In this document: positions 1 through 8,918 of the stretch, piece by piece
How the letters are laid out: each line of letters starts with the position of its first letter
Position numbering within the stretch: the first letter of the stretch is position 1
Assembly: GCA_965215975.1 (NCBI GenBank)
Contig: OZ244136.1
Location: 2,000,178 to 2,064,177, forward strand
Source of the DNA: Dehalococcoidia bacterium
GTDB lineage: Bacteria > Chloroflexota > Dehalococcoidia > Lucifugimonadales > UBA3495
Direction of reading: 5' to 3'
Length of the DNA stretch: 64,000 bases
Translations under genes and position numbers: made by a program
The notes under the pieces: generated by a model
Database searches by the model: none
What the model saw: only the letters and a program-made list of their open reading frames with translations
What the model was told of the DNA's origin: nothing

Positions 1-1
1 C

Positions 2-445
2 TGCACGTCGTGGGATGTGAAGATCTCAGGACGGCAGGTAACCGACGTAACCGGCGGCCACAACGGCGCGGAGACCCGCATGGGCGTTACCTTCAGCGAG
101 GGCGTGTCCCGGCAGGGGATGTCACTGCAGCGGTTCGTGGACGTAACCTCGGGCAACGCCGCCAAGATCATGGGCCTGTACCCCCGGAAGGGCGTGATCG
201 CCCCGGGCAGCGACGCCGACATCGTGCTGATTGACCCGAACATCAAGCGGCCACTGACGATGAACGACTTCCACATCTCCGACTACAGCATCTGGGAAGG
301 CTTCGAGGCGGCAGGCTGGCCCGTGATGACAATCCTGAGGGGAATGGTCGCCGTGGAAGACGGTCGCCTGCGCACCGGCCACGGCAGCGGCAAGTTCGTG
401 CGCCGGAAGGTGGACCCGGAGGTGGTTAACCGGCCGGCGGCATAG
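2..445 (+). CDS. Dihydropyrimidinase / D-hydantoinase, C-terminal fragment (5' end outside window)
   Basis: The frame is open from the window edge. The tail ...GMSLQRFVDVTSGNAAKIMGLYPRKGVIAPGSDADIVLIDPN... matches the C-terminal region of cyclic amidohydrolases as I remember the family. Confidence 0.7.
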   Translation, partial: CTSWDVKISGRQVTDVTGGHNGAETRMGVTFSEGVSRQGMSLQRFVDVTSGNAAKIMGLYPRKGVIAPGSDADIVLIDPNIKRPLTMNDFHISDYSIWEGFEAAGWPVMTILRGMVAVEDGRLRTGHGSGKFVRRKVDPEVVNRPAA

Positions 446-480
446 TTAAACTGAAAATGGAAGGTTGAGCAACAACAAAA

Positions 481-509
481 GGGGCGCCGATTTGGCGCCC
501 CTGATTTTT
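481..509 (+). terminator. Rho-independent terminator after the hydantoinase gene
   Basis: GGGGCGCC-GATTT-GGCGCCCC hairpin (481-501) followed by TGATTTTT. Confidence 0.7.
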
Positions 510-544
510 GGATGAAGGGACACGAATAACCACGAATAACGTGC

Positions 545-1267
545 TCATTCAACAGTGGTACGCATTTCCGATCCGCCAGGTGAGGCTAATTGTCCCACCA
601 ATGAATTGCGAATCCTACCCATCCGGTACCCCATGCCCCGCCCATAGCGACGGGCCACGCTGTGTTGGACGGCAGGCATTTCCGGCGTACTAGCTCCCAA
701 CAGTTGAGCCATTGACGTTACCCGCCGGTCGGTTATGCCGCAGGGGACTATTTGGGCGAACTTCGAGAGGTCGGGGTCTACATTGATCGCGAAGCCGTGG
801 TGGGCAACGCCTCGGCTGATTTTAACCCCAATGGCAGCTATCTTTGCGTTTCCGACCCACACACCGGTCAAACCTTGCTCGACACCGGCGTTGATACCGA
901 AGTCTGCCAGGGCACAGATAATAACCTGCTCTAAATTGCGGACGTACTTTAGCGGCCCACCCCAGTCGCGCAGGTTAACTATGGGGTAGGCGACTAACTG
1001 GCCAGGGCCGTGGTAGGTTACCTGGCCGCCCCGGTCGGTCTCCACCACATCGATGCCTTGTGCCACCAGGTCTTCAGGGGATAGGGGGATATGCTCGGGC
1101 TTTGAAAGTCGGCCCCGGGTGTAAACGTGAGGATGTTCCAGCAGAAGCAAGGTGTTGGGTTGTAGCCCGTCGTGGATCGCCGCTACCAGGTCGGTCTGCA
1201 AATTCCAGGCACGCCGGTACTCCACGGTGCCGAGGGTCATGACCTGGCAATAAGGCGATTCAGACAC
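545..1267 (-). CDS. lipB: Octanoyltransferase (lipoyl(octanoyl) transferase)
   Basis: 240-aa ORF with LipB hallmarks (RGGQVTYHGPGQLVAYP, AAIGVKISRGV, PCGI). It lies next to a lipoyl-dependent E2 gene. Confidence 0.9.
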   Translation of the reverse strand: MSESPYCQVMTLGTVEYRRAWNLQTDLVAAIHDGLQPNTLLLLEHPHVYTRGRLSKPEHIPLSPEDLVAQGIDVVETDRGGQVTYHGPGQLVAYPIVNLRDWGGPLKYVRNLEQVIICALADFGINAGVEQGLTGVWVGNAKIAAIGVKISRGVAHHGFAINVDPDLSKFAQIVPCGITDRRVTSMAQLLGASTPEMPAVQHSVARRYGRGMGYRMGRIRNSLVGQLASPGGSEMRTTVE

Positions 1268-1342
1268 GGATTAACGCTATATAAAGGATGAGCGAAGACG
1301 GACGACTAATCTCATCCTGGCCATCCTGTTAGTCCATACAAG

Positions 1343-2791
1343 TTAAGCGGTGGTATTGGGGCCGATGGCTTCCAGGCGGCGCTTCATGGCCTGCATGAAG
1401 GCGCTGGACTCGGCGCCGTCGTTGATGCGGTGGTCGAAGGACATGCACAGGTTCATCATCGAACGTATGGCGATGGCGTCGTTGATGACCACAGGGCGTT
1501 TCTGGATGGCCTCAGTGGTCATTATGGCGGCCTGGGGGAAATTGATGATGGGCTGGGATATCAGGGAGCCCAAGGCGCCGGTGTTATTCAGCGTGAAGGT
1601 GCCGCCCTGCACGTCGTCAATGGTCAGCTTGTTGTCGCGGGCTCGCTGGGTCAGGTCGGCGACAGCGTGGGCCAGGCCGGAGAGGCTGAGGCGGTCGGCG
1701 TTGTGAATGACCGGCACCACCAGTCCGTTGGGCGCGGCCACGGCCAGGCCGATATTAAGGCGCTTCTTCAGGGTAATCTTGTCGCCGCCCCAAGTGGCGT
1801 TGAACGTTGGGTTCTCCTTGAGGGTTTCCACCAGGGCCCGAATGACGAAGGGCAAATAGGTCAGGTCCACGCCCTCGCGCTGGCGGAAGGCCTCGCGCAC
1901 GGCAGCGCGGGTGGCGACCAGGCTGGAAACGTCCACCTCGACGGTGCTCCAGGCGTGGGGTATCTGGGACACGCTGCGTACCATGGCCTCGGCAATCATG
2001 CGGCGCACCGGGGTCAGGGGGATGTGCTCTTCGTCGTTGCCGTCGGCTGGCTGGGTTTGTGCCGTCGGGGCCGCCGGCTGGACGGCCACCACCGAGGCAG
2101 CCACGTCACGGGTTTCCAGGTGCTTGAGGACGTCGTCGCGGGTTATGCGGCCGCCCATTCCGGAGCCGGCTATCAACGACAGGTCAACGTCGTGCTCCCG
2201 GGCCAGCCGGCGTACGGCGGGGGACAGCCTGCGAGAGCCATCGCTGGCGGGCGCAGCAACTGTCGGGCTTTCAATAGCGACTTGAGCCGCGAGTGATGCC
2301 GCCAATACGGCGGCGGTTTGCTCCGGAGGCGGTGCGGGCGGACTGTCGTCGCCGGAGCCGCCACCAGTGGGGCCGATCATGGTGGCGGAGGTGTTCAGGT
2401 AACCAATACGGCTGGCGGGGGGCGCAGCTTGCCCTTCAACCGGTTCAGTATGGGCAGTTGTTGGCGTGGCTAGCGCGGTTGGTACCGCGGCAGCCTCAAC
2501 CTGAGTGGGAGAAACAGAAGTTTCCGGCGCTGCTGATTCAGAAGAGGGGCTGTCGGAGGTTTCAACCTCGGCGATCGGCGCGCCCATGGGGACGGTTTCA
2601 CCCTCCTGGGCCAGGATTTTGACCAGGGAGCCGTCCACGGGAGAGGGAACTTCCATGGTTACCTTGTCGGTAACAACCTCGACCAGCGGCTCGTAGCGCT
2701 CCACCTTGTCACCGGGCTTTTTCAGCCACTTGCCGATGGTGCCTTCAACGACCGACTCACCGACGTGAGGAAGTTCAATAGTTTGGGCCAA
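1343..2791 (-). CDS. 2-oxoacid dehydrogenase complex E2, dihydrolipoamide acyltransferase
   Basis: N-terminal lipoyl domain (VVTDKVTMEV), long Ala/Pro linker, E3-binding domain (SPAVRRLAREHDVDL) and catalytic domain with DHRINDG. Confidence 0.9.
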   Translation of the reverse strand: MAQTIELPHVGESVVEGTIGKWLKKPGDKVERYEPLVEVVTDKVTMEVPSPVDGSLVKILAQEGETVPMGAPIAEVETSDSPSSESAAPETSVSPTQVEAAAVPTALATPTTAHTEPVEGQAAPPASRIGYLNTSATMIGPTGGGSGDDSPPAPPPEQTAAVLAASLAAQVAIESPTVAAPASDGSRRLSPAVRRLAREHDVDLSLIAGSGMGGRITRDDVLKHLETRDVAASVVAVQPAAPTAQTQPADGNDEEHIPLTPVRRMIAEAMVRSVSQIPHAWSTVEVDVSSLVATRAAVREAFRQREGVDLTYLPFVIRALVETLKENPTFNATWGGDKITLKKRLNIGLAVAAPNGLVVPVIHNADRLSLSGLAHAVADLTQRARDNKLTIDDVQGGTFTLNNTGALGSLISQPIINFPQAAIMTTEAIQKRPVVINDAIAIRSMMNLCMSFDHRINDGAESSAFMQAMKRRLEAIGPNTTA

Positions 2792-2896
2792 GGTTACACC
2801 GCCATTGGGTTTTCATTTTGTCCACGAACACGGGCGAATGGGCATAAATTGATGTCGCCCGATTTATTGACTATTTGCGTGTATTCGTGGATTGAG

Positions 2897-3883
2897 TCAG
2901 TATGCTGCCAGGTTGCGAAGGGCTTCGGCGATTTTCTGTGTGCTGGGCATGTAGGCGTCTTCCAGGGTCTGGGCGAAGGGCATGGTGGGAACGTCAGGGC
3001 CGCAAACCCGCCCAATGGGGGCATCCAGGTAATCGAAAGCCTGGTCGGCGGCCAGGGCAGCAATCTCCGAACCGACGCCGCCGGTGATGTTGTCTTCGTG
3101 GACGATAAGCAGCTTGCCCGTTTTCTTGACCGACTCCAGCACCGTCTCGGTGTCCAGGGGCTTGAGGGTGCGGAGGTCCACCACTTCCACTTGGGCAACG
3201 CCCTCCGAGGCCAACTGTTCCGCCGCTTCAAGACAGTAGTGGATCATCAGGCCGTAGCTGACCACGGTGATGTTCTTACCGGGCCGCTTGACTTCAGCCT
3301 TGCCGATGGGCAGCACGTAGTCCTCATCGGGAACATCGCCCCGCACCAGGCGGTAGGTTTTCTTGTGCTCCAGGAACACCACCGGGTTGTTGTCGCGAAT
3401 GGCGGACTTGAGCAGGCCCTTGGCGTCGTAAGGTGTAGCGGGTGCGACTACCTTTAATCCCGGGGTGTGGAAGAAAATTGCTTCCACGTTCTGGGAGTGA
3501 AACAGGCCTCCGCGAATGCCACCGCCGTAGGGGATGCGGATGGTCACGGGGGCATTGACCTTGCCGTCGGTGCCGTAGCAGGCCCGGGCCGCTTCGCCGA
3601 TAAGCTGGTTGACCGCCGGCCACAGAAAGTCGGCGAATTCAACTTCCGGTATGGGTCGCAGTCCCCGGAAAGAGGCGCCTAGCGCTATGCCCATGATGGA
3701 GGCCTCAGCCAGGGGGGTGTCAATGACCCGTTCCGGTCCGAATTCTTCGATGAAGCCCTGGGTGGCCAGGAAGACGCCGCCACGGTAGCCGACATCCTCG
3801 CCCATGACGAAGACGCTCTCGTCACGTTGCATTTCCTCCCACATGGCTTCCCGGACTGCTTCAATTACGCTTTTGACGGCCAT
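2897..3883 (-). CDS. 2-oxoacid dehydrogenase E1 component, beta subunit
   Basis: 328 aa with the transketolase-like pyrimidine-binding and C-terminal domains typical of heterotetrameric E1 beta. Operon position is between E1 alpha and E2. Confidence 0.9.
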   Translation of the reverse strand: MAVKSVIEAVREAMWEEMQRDESVFVMGEDVGYRGGVFLATQGFIEEFGPERVIDTPLAEASIMGIALGASFRGLRPIPEVEFADFLWPAVNQLIGEAARACYGTDGKVNAPVTIRIPYGGGIRGGLFHSQNVEAIFFHTPGLKVVAPATPYDAKGLLKSAIRDNNPVVFLEHKKTYRLVRGDVPDEDYVLPIGKAEVKRPGKNITVVSYGLMIHYCLEAAEQLASEGVAQVEVVDLRTLKPLDTETVLESVKKTGKLLIVHEDNITGGVGSEIAALAADQAFDYLDAPIGRVCGPDVPTMPFAQTLEDAYMPSTQKIAEALRNLAAY

Positions 3884-3960
3884 TGGTTTTCCTTTTATAC
3901 CCTACCCACTTTTACCCTATCCAAGAAGGGACACGAAGCTTCACGAAGAAAATCGGACGA

Positions 3961-4989
3961 TCAGGGAGCGTAAACGTGCTGGTGCAGGGTTGACGCATCA
4001 GGCAGGGCCGCTGCTTCGGCGGCGTCGGTGGCCTCGTTGATGGCCCGGCGGGCCTGGGCACGGATCTCGTCCTGCTCCTCCTCGGTGAGGTAGCCCTGTT
4101 CCAGCATAAACTTGCCGAAGGCCGCCACCGGGTCCCGCTGTCGCACAGCCTCAATCTCTTCCTTGGGCCGGTAACGGGTATCGTCGTCGTCGGTGGTATG
4201 GGGCATCAGGCGCTCCAGCTTCATTTCCAGCAGCACCGGCCCCTCCCGGCGGGCGTGGTGGATGGCCTCGCGGGTGGCTTCGTAGGAAGCCAGCAAGTCC
4301 AGGCCGTCCACGATAACGCCGGGGAAGCCGTAACCTTCGGCGCGATTCGCCACGTCGCCGATGGCCATCTGCAACCGCTGGGGAACCGAGATGGCGTAGC
4401 CGTTGTTTTCGCAGATGAAGATCACGGGCAGCTTGTGGACGCCGGCAAAGTTCATTGCCTCGTGGGTCTCGCCCTGGCTGGCGGCGCCGTCGCCAAAATA
4501 GGCCAGCGTTACCCGGTCGTCACCGCGCATCTTGCAGCCCAGGGCATAGCCCACCGACTGGGTCATCCCGGCGGCCACCACATTTGAAAGCTGGATGATA
4601 TTGTGGTCAAGATCGGCGCCCTGCAGGGGAAACTGGCGGGCGTTGCTGTAGGGGTCGCCCAGCTTGCCCATGAAGGAAAGCATGATCTGGGTGGGTGTAA
4701 GCCCCACTCCCATCTTGAGGGACAGGTCCCGATAGTAGGGGAAAAAGAAGCAATTGCCGTCCTTTTCGGCGGCCAGCAGAGTGCCCAACTGGGCGGCTTC
4801 GTGGCCCTGTCCGGAAGCCGCAATGGGCACCTTGCCCTGCCGGTTCATCATCCAGATGCGCTCGTCGGTGGTGCGCACGGTAATCATCCGGCGGTAGTAA
4901 TCAACCATGTCCTCCGGAGTGAGACCCTCAGGCAGGGCCCTGGAGAGATCGGCAGTTTTACCGTCGGTCTGATTGGTTAGCTGTGTCAT
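3961..4989 (-). CDS. 2-oxoacid dehydrogenase E1 component, alpha subunit (TPP-binding)
   Basis: TPP motif region YFGDGAASQGETHEAMNFA...ENNGYAIS. I prefer the ATG at 4989, preceded by GGAGGA, over the upstream ATG at 5076. Confidence 0.85.
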   Translation of the reverse strand: MTQLTNQTDGKTADLSRALPEGLTPEDMVDYYRRMITVRTTDERIWMMNRQGKVPIAASGQGHEAAQLGTLLAAEKDGNCFFFPYYRDLSLKMGVGLTPTQIMLSFMGKLGDPYSNARQFPLQGADLDHNIIQLSNVVAAGMTQSVGYALGCKMRGDDRVTLAYFGDGAASQGETHEAMNFAGVHKLPVIFICENNGYAISVPQRLQMAIGDVANRAEGYGFPGVIVDGLDLLASYEATREAIHHARREGPVLLEMKLERLMPHTTDDDDTRYRPKEEIEAVRQRDPVAAFGKFMLEQGYLTEEEQDEIRAQARRAINEATDAAEAAALPDASTLHQHVYAP

Positions 4990-5309
4990 GGTTTCCTCCG
5001 GTGAACGAACCGGTCTGGAAGGGTGTCGAGATGGTAGTGGCGAGTCTAGCCACGTAAGTGGATATACCTGAGCCAATTATATATGCTAGGGGGTGGGCGG
5101 GCAAATCTGGGGAAGGGGCATTTAATTGCCGCTGTTGCCTCCGAGGCATTCGTTTAGTAGGTAGGAAGGCTGAAATTATTGAGAGGATATTGGAAGGCAT
5201 GCCTTTCCACCTACCCGTATCAGCCATCGAACCACGCAAGTCCTGAATAGATAGTAACTGAGACTTCTGATAGAATTCGGAAGAATGCCTTGACCGTAAT
5301 GGAGCAAGA

Positions 5310-5834
5310 ATGCAACAGAAGAACCGGCATCAAATAGAACGAAAAGCTAAAGAAATTCTCTCGCAGCACGGCCTATTTTCTTTGCCAATTGATCCCGTCA
5401 AGCTGGCTCACGAGTTAGGTGTCACAGTAAATAACGCGAAGTTCGCAGATGATTCTTTGGCAGCTATGATAGCGAAGCGTGGTGAATCTACTCGTATCCT
5501 TGTTGAGCAGTCCGATCCTCCTTATAGAAAGCGTTTTTCTATTGCACATGAGTTAGGACACCACTTTCTTCATTTGATGGAAGACGGGGAAATTATTGAT
5601 AAACGTGGCGACATGTTCCGCGAGCGGGAACCGATGAGTGGCCCAATTTTAGAGGCACGGCTAAGAGAAATACACGCTAATTGGTTCGCTGCAGCGGTGC
5701 TAATGCCTGAGGAATTTGTTCGTGCAGAATGGTCCAAGGACCCTAATGTCGCCCAGTTGGCTAGAAAATTCAACGTTTCTGAAGAAGCCATGGGGTACAG
5801 GCTCGATTACCTGGAACTATGGACTCCGGTTTAA
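5310..5834 (+). CDS. ImmA/IrrE-family (peptidase M78 / DUF955-like) zinc metalloprotease
   Basis: HEXXH motif (HELGHHFLH) in a ~170-aa protein with the overall ImmA/IrrE layout. It is the first gene of a low-GC cassette. Confidence 0.8.
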   Translation: MQQKNRHQIERKAKEILSQHGLFSLPIDPVKLAHELGVTVNNAKFADDSLAAMIAKRGESTRILVEQSDPPYRKRFSIAHELGHHFLHLMEDGEIIDKRGDMFREREPMSGPILEARLREIHANWFAAAVLMPEEFVRAEWSKDPNVAQLARKFNVSEEAMGYRLDYLELWTPV

Positions 5835-6187
5835 TGGAAATCGATTGGCATCGAATTGCCCGCCGCCAGGTCTCACAAATAGGAACCCCTGTTACCTCTG
5901 AAGAAATAGACACCTTCGAGAGGCTTTCGCGATTGCAAGGTAGGGAAGAAGGCGAGCGCGGCGACCGGCGACTGCGGTTAGGGTATGGGATAACTCTTTT
6001 AGTTCTTTTGTCAATTCAAATCATTTCAGTTACCGTATTTACCTTTTTAATCGGCCTTGGCTATATGCAAATCGACCAGTGGATCTCCACGACCTTCGTT
6101 GGTGGAACGTTAGGTGAGGTTTCAGGACTAGCTTTCTTGGTTGTAAGGTACTTATTCCCCATTAAAGAAAGAAAAGGCGAAACGTGA
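5834..6187 (+). CDS. Small membrane protein, charged N-terminal half plus two predicted TM helices
   Basis: The ATG at 5834 overlaps the upstream stop (TAATG). Hydrophobic stretches are ITLLVLLSIQIISVTVFTFLIGLG and FVGGTLGEVSGLAFLVV. Confidence 0.55.
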   Translation: MEIDWHRIARRQVSQIGTPVTSEEIDTFERLSRLQGREEGERGDRRLRLGYGITLLVLLSIQIISVTVFTFLIGLGYMQIDQWISTTFVGGTLGEVSGLAFLVVRYLFPIKERKGET

Positions 6188-6541
6188 CAAGTTTAGACTT
6201 AGGTATAGCTTTTAACGCTTTGTCGGATGTGGTCGTAAACCGCCCTCCGGCGCTAAGAGATTTTGACCAAATCTATATGAAGATTTCCGATATGCTTCTC
6301 CAGGCGGAACTCTTGAGTCGCTGGCTTGACGGCAAATCGGTAGTGTTTCTAGGAGACGGTGATGCGATTGGCCTTACGCTCGTACATCTGCAAAGTAAGG
6401 GAATATTCAAGCGCGGCCCGAAACACGTGCACGTGTTGGACTTTGATGAACGCATTGTAAACTCCATAGAAATGTTCGCCAGAAGCTACGACGTAGAAGA
6501 TATGATTTCAGCGGAACTTTACAACGTAGCAGACCCTTTAC

Positions 6542-8377
6542 CTAGAAACCGGGCCGAAAAGCCCTGGTTGGGGAGAGGGATTTCGGCAGTAAAGCCGGCT
6601 TGAGCAGAATCACGGTCCACAGTATTCCGAGCCGGACCGCGCCGAAAATGGCCGTAGCATTGGCGACAACACCGTGGGAAACAGCCTGGACATCACTGGG
6701 GACGGCACTGAGGACGACGCGGTGGGCTTCCGCTCCGCCGCCGACACTGTCCGACAGCCCGCTTTTGCCCGCCACCAGGGTCAGGTTGGCCACTGTAGCC
6801 GCCAGGTACAGCTGGAATCGCGTCTTGACCCTGCCGAAATAGCGGGACTGGCGGATGCCCAACTGGACCAGTCGGGCCAACCGGTGTTCCACCGCCACGC
6901 GTCGCGCTCGATATTCGTCGTAGGCGGCGCTCTGCTGCAACGCCCGTGCCTCCTGCAGGAGGCCTTCCTGGGGATGGATCAGCACCCGCCGTCCCTTCCT
7001 GCCCTTGGCTGCGATGCACTGGGACCGCAGTGGACATGTCCGGCATTCGGCCCCGTCGAACTGGAAGGCCTGCCAGCGGTATACCCGCCCCGCGGCATCC
7101 GTCCGCTTTCCCGCTGGCACGATGGTGTGGGTGACCTGTCCCGCCGGACAGGTGCAACTGCCCGCGGCCAGGTCGATGACAAAGTCATCCTTGGGAAAGT
7201 GCTTCCGGTCGGGCCGGCCTGGCACCCGGGCTACCAGCTTGCGGCCCACATCGGCGAAGGTCTGCCTGGTAGCTCCGTCCCCATAGGCGGCGTCGCCCAT
7301 GGCCTCCTGCACCGGTACACCGGTGTTGGCCTCGCTCTGTTCCACCAGTTCCAGCGCCCCCAGGTTGTCCGGAGCGTTGCCGGGCAGTACCGCCACGGCG
7401 GTGATCAGCTGGGAATCGGTATCCACCACAATCGCCGCCTTGTGCCCGTCAAAGCGCCGGCTGCTGCTCTTGTGCCCGTGGCGCATCTCCGGATCATGCA
7501 CCGACATCATCCGGTCCCGGCTCACTCCATCCTTGAGGCTCACGCCGTCATCGCCGTCGCCGTCGCCGCTCTTGCGCTCAATGTCCTGGAGCAGCAACTG
7601 CCCCAGCAGTTCCGCCGCGTCCACAATCCGCTGCCGCTCCTCACCATTCTCGGACAACTCCCCCTGCGCCTGCCGCGACAACTCCAACAGCCGGTCCGCG
7701 TCCGCCACAATCTCGGCCAGCAGGGTCTGCCGCGCCCGTTTGTCGCTCCAGTCGATGGCCGCCTCTCCCTTGATGCTGGAGGCAAGGTACCGCCCGTATC
7801 CCCGGGCCTTGGCCCATTCTTTGACGCTGGACTTCTCCACTGCTGCCAGCGCACGCATTAATTTGACGACCCCGTCCGCCAACAGGTTGCAGGTGTCCTT
7901 CACCGCGCCCCGACCCAGGATGTTGGTCGTGTCCAGCGCCACCTTCATGCTCCGCTTTTTCAGGTAGCCCGACTCCCGGGCCAGCCGCAGGCTGGACTCG
8001 AACACCTCCCGCACTTTGTCGTGCAGGATCAGCTGGGCGCGGAACACCTGCAATGTGCTCTTGGCAAAGGGCCGGTCCTCCACCTCAATCCCCAGGGCCA
8101 CTTTCCACCGGAGGTCAAAGTCAGCCCGGGCCTTGGCCTCGGCGTCGCTCACCTTGTCGTGGGACTGGAGCAGCAGCGCCGTCGCCAGCAGGCTGGGCGG
8201 CACGCTGTCCCGGCCGTTGTCCGGGCAGTAGAACTCGGCGAAATCCGCGTCCCGGAACAACCGGCCCCGCAGCGAGGCCAGCAGACCGTAGAAGGTGTCC
8301 CGCCCCACGTGGTCCAGGTACAACCGGTCCGCTTCCCAGAGACCCCTCTGGTCCGAACGCTCTCCCAGCACTATCAT
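6542..8377 (-). CDS. DDE transposase, IS1182/IS5-like (611 aa)
   Basis: N-terminal transposase domain (FYCPDNGRDSVPPSLL...LRWKVALG). Central DDE region (MSVHDPEMRHGHKS...GDAAYGD), Cys cluster and C-terminal YRARRVAVEHRLARL...YFGRVK. The stop codon TAG lies in the terminal CTAG. Confidence 0.9.
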   Translation of the reverse strand: MIVLGERSDQRGLWEADRLYLDHVGRDTFYGLLASLRGRLFRDADFAEFYCPDNGRDSVPPSLLATALLLQSHDKVSDAEAKARADFDLRWKVALGIEVEDRPFAKSTLQVFRAQLILHDKVREVFESSLRLARESGYLKKRSMKVALDTTNILGRGAVKDTCNLLADGVVKLMRALAAVEKSSVKEWAKARGYGRYLASSIKGEAAIDWSDKRARQTLLAEIVADADRLLELSRQAQGELSENGEERQRIVDAAELLGQLLLQDIERKSGDGDGDDGVSLKDGVSRDRMMSVHDPEMRHGHKSSSRRFDGHKAAIVVDTDSQLITAVAVLPGNAPDNLGALELVEQSEANTGVPVQEAMGDAAYGDGATRQTFADVGRKLVARVPGRPDRKHFPKDDFVIDLAAGSCTCPAGQVTHTIVPAGKRTDAAGRVYRWQAFQFDGAECRTCPLRSQCIAAKGRKGRRVLIHPQEGLLQEARALQQSAAYDEYRARRVAVEHRLARLVQLGIRQSRYFGRVKTRFQLYLAATVANLTLVAGKSGLSDSVGGGAEAHRVVLSAVPSDVQAVSHGVVANATAIFGAVRLGILWTVILLKPALLPKSLSPTRAFRPGF

Positions 8378-8449
8378 TCCTCGCTACTCTTGTTGACTCC
8401 AAGTATAGCCGCCCGCCCGGCCACCGCCACTTTCCGGCCAGATTTCTAG
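6542..8449 (-). mobile_element. IS1182/IS5-superfamily insertion sequence, copy 1 (1.9 kb)
   Basis: Imperfect terminal inverted repeats CTAGAAACCGGGCCGAAAAG (left) and CTAGAAATCTGGCCGGAAAG (right, reverse complement). CTAG is present at both ends (4-bp target duplication or terminal palindrome). It encodes one long DDE transposase. Confidence 0.9.
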
Positions 8450-8918
8450 GGCCCATATATCGAAGTTTGAAGCGTTCTATACCAACCCACCGTTCGGAGC
8501 CAGCAATGGTGGACGCAGCGTAGAGGCCTTCGTGAAGAGGGGTGATGAAGCTTTAGGTCCGGATGGGTTATCCTGTATAGTTGTTGCGGACGACCCCAAT
8601 TTTTCTTGGCCAAGAGAGGTAATGAAACAAGTTCAGAGTTACCTTTTCTTAAATGGATTCGTGATTACAGAGTTGGTCCCTCGGTTCCATCACTATCACT
8701 TGGACGATGCCCCAGATCTCACATCATGTAGCCTTTTGGCAGCGCGGGACGGGAATGAGGGTCTGAAGGCTAGAAGTATCCCACTCCCTAGTTCGGACTT
8801 AGAAAATTTCTACGGAGCCTGTGCTCCTCTACGCTACCGTTATGTTCGTGACCTCCGGAACGGAGGAAAATTGGCGTCAAAGGACCATCATTTGGAACCA
8901 CTACAATAGGAGTCAGAG

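Larger units (their letters stand above)
6184..8909 (+). pseudogene. DUF43/BpsA-C-like Rossmann-fold (NPPF-motif) enzyme gene, split by an IS insertion (exon-like parts 6184-6545 and 8450-8909)
   Basis: Joining 6184-6545 to 8450-8909 (keeping one CTAG) gives an uninterrupted 822-nt ORF. Its motifs are FLGDGD, VLDFDERIV, DPLP and TNPPFG, and the last spans the repaired junction region. Confidence 0.75.

Noticed and set aside
6674-7861. 395-aa plus-strand ORF inside the IS
   Set aside because: Antisense to the 611-aa transposase. It has low-complexity composition, and the transposase frame carries the recognisable domains.
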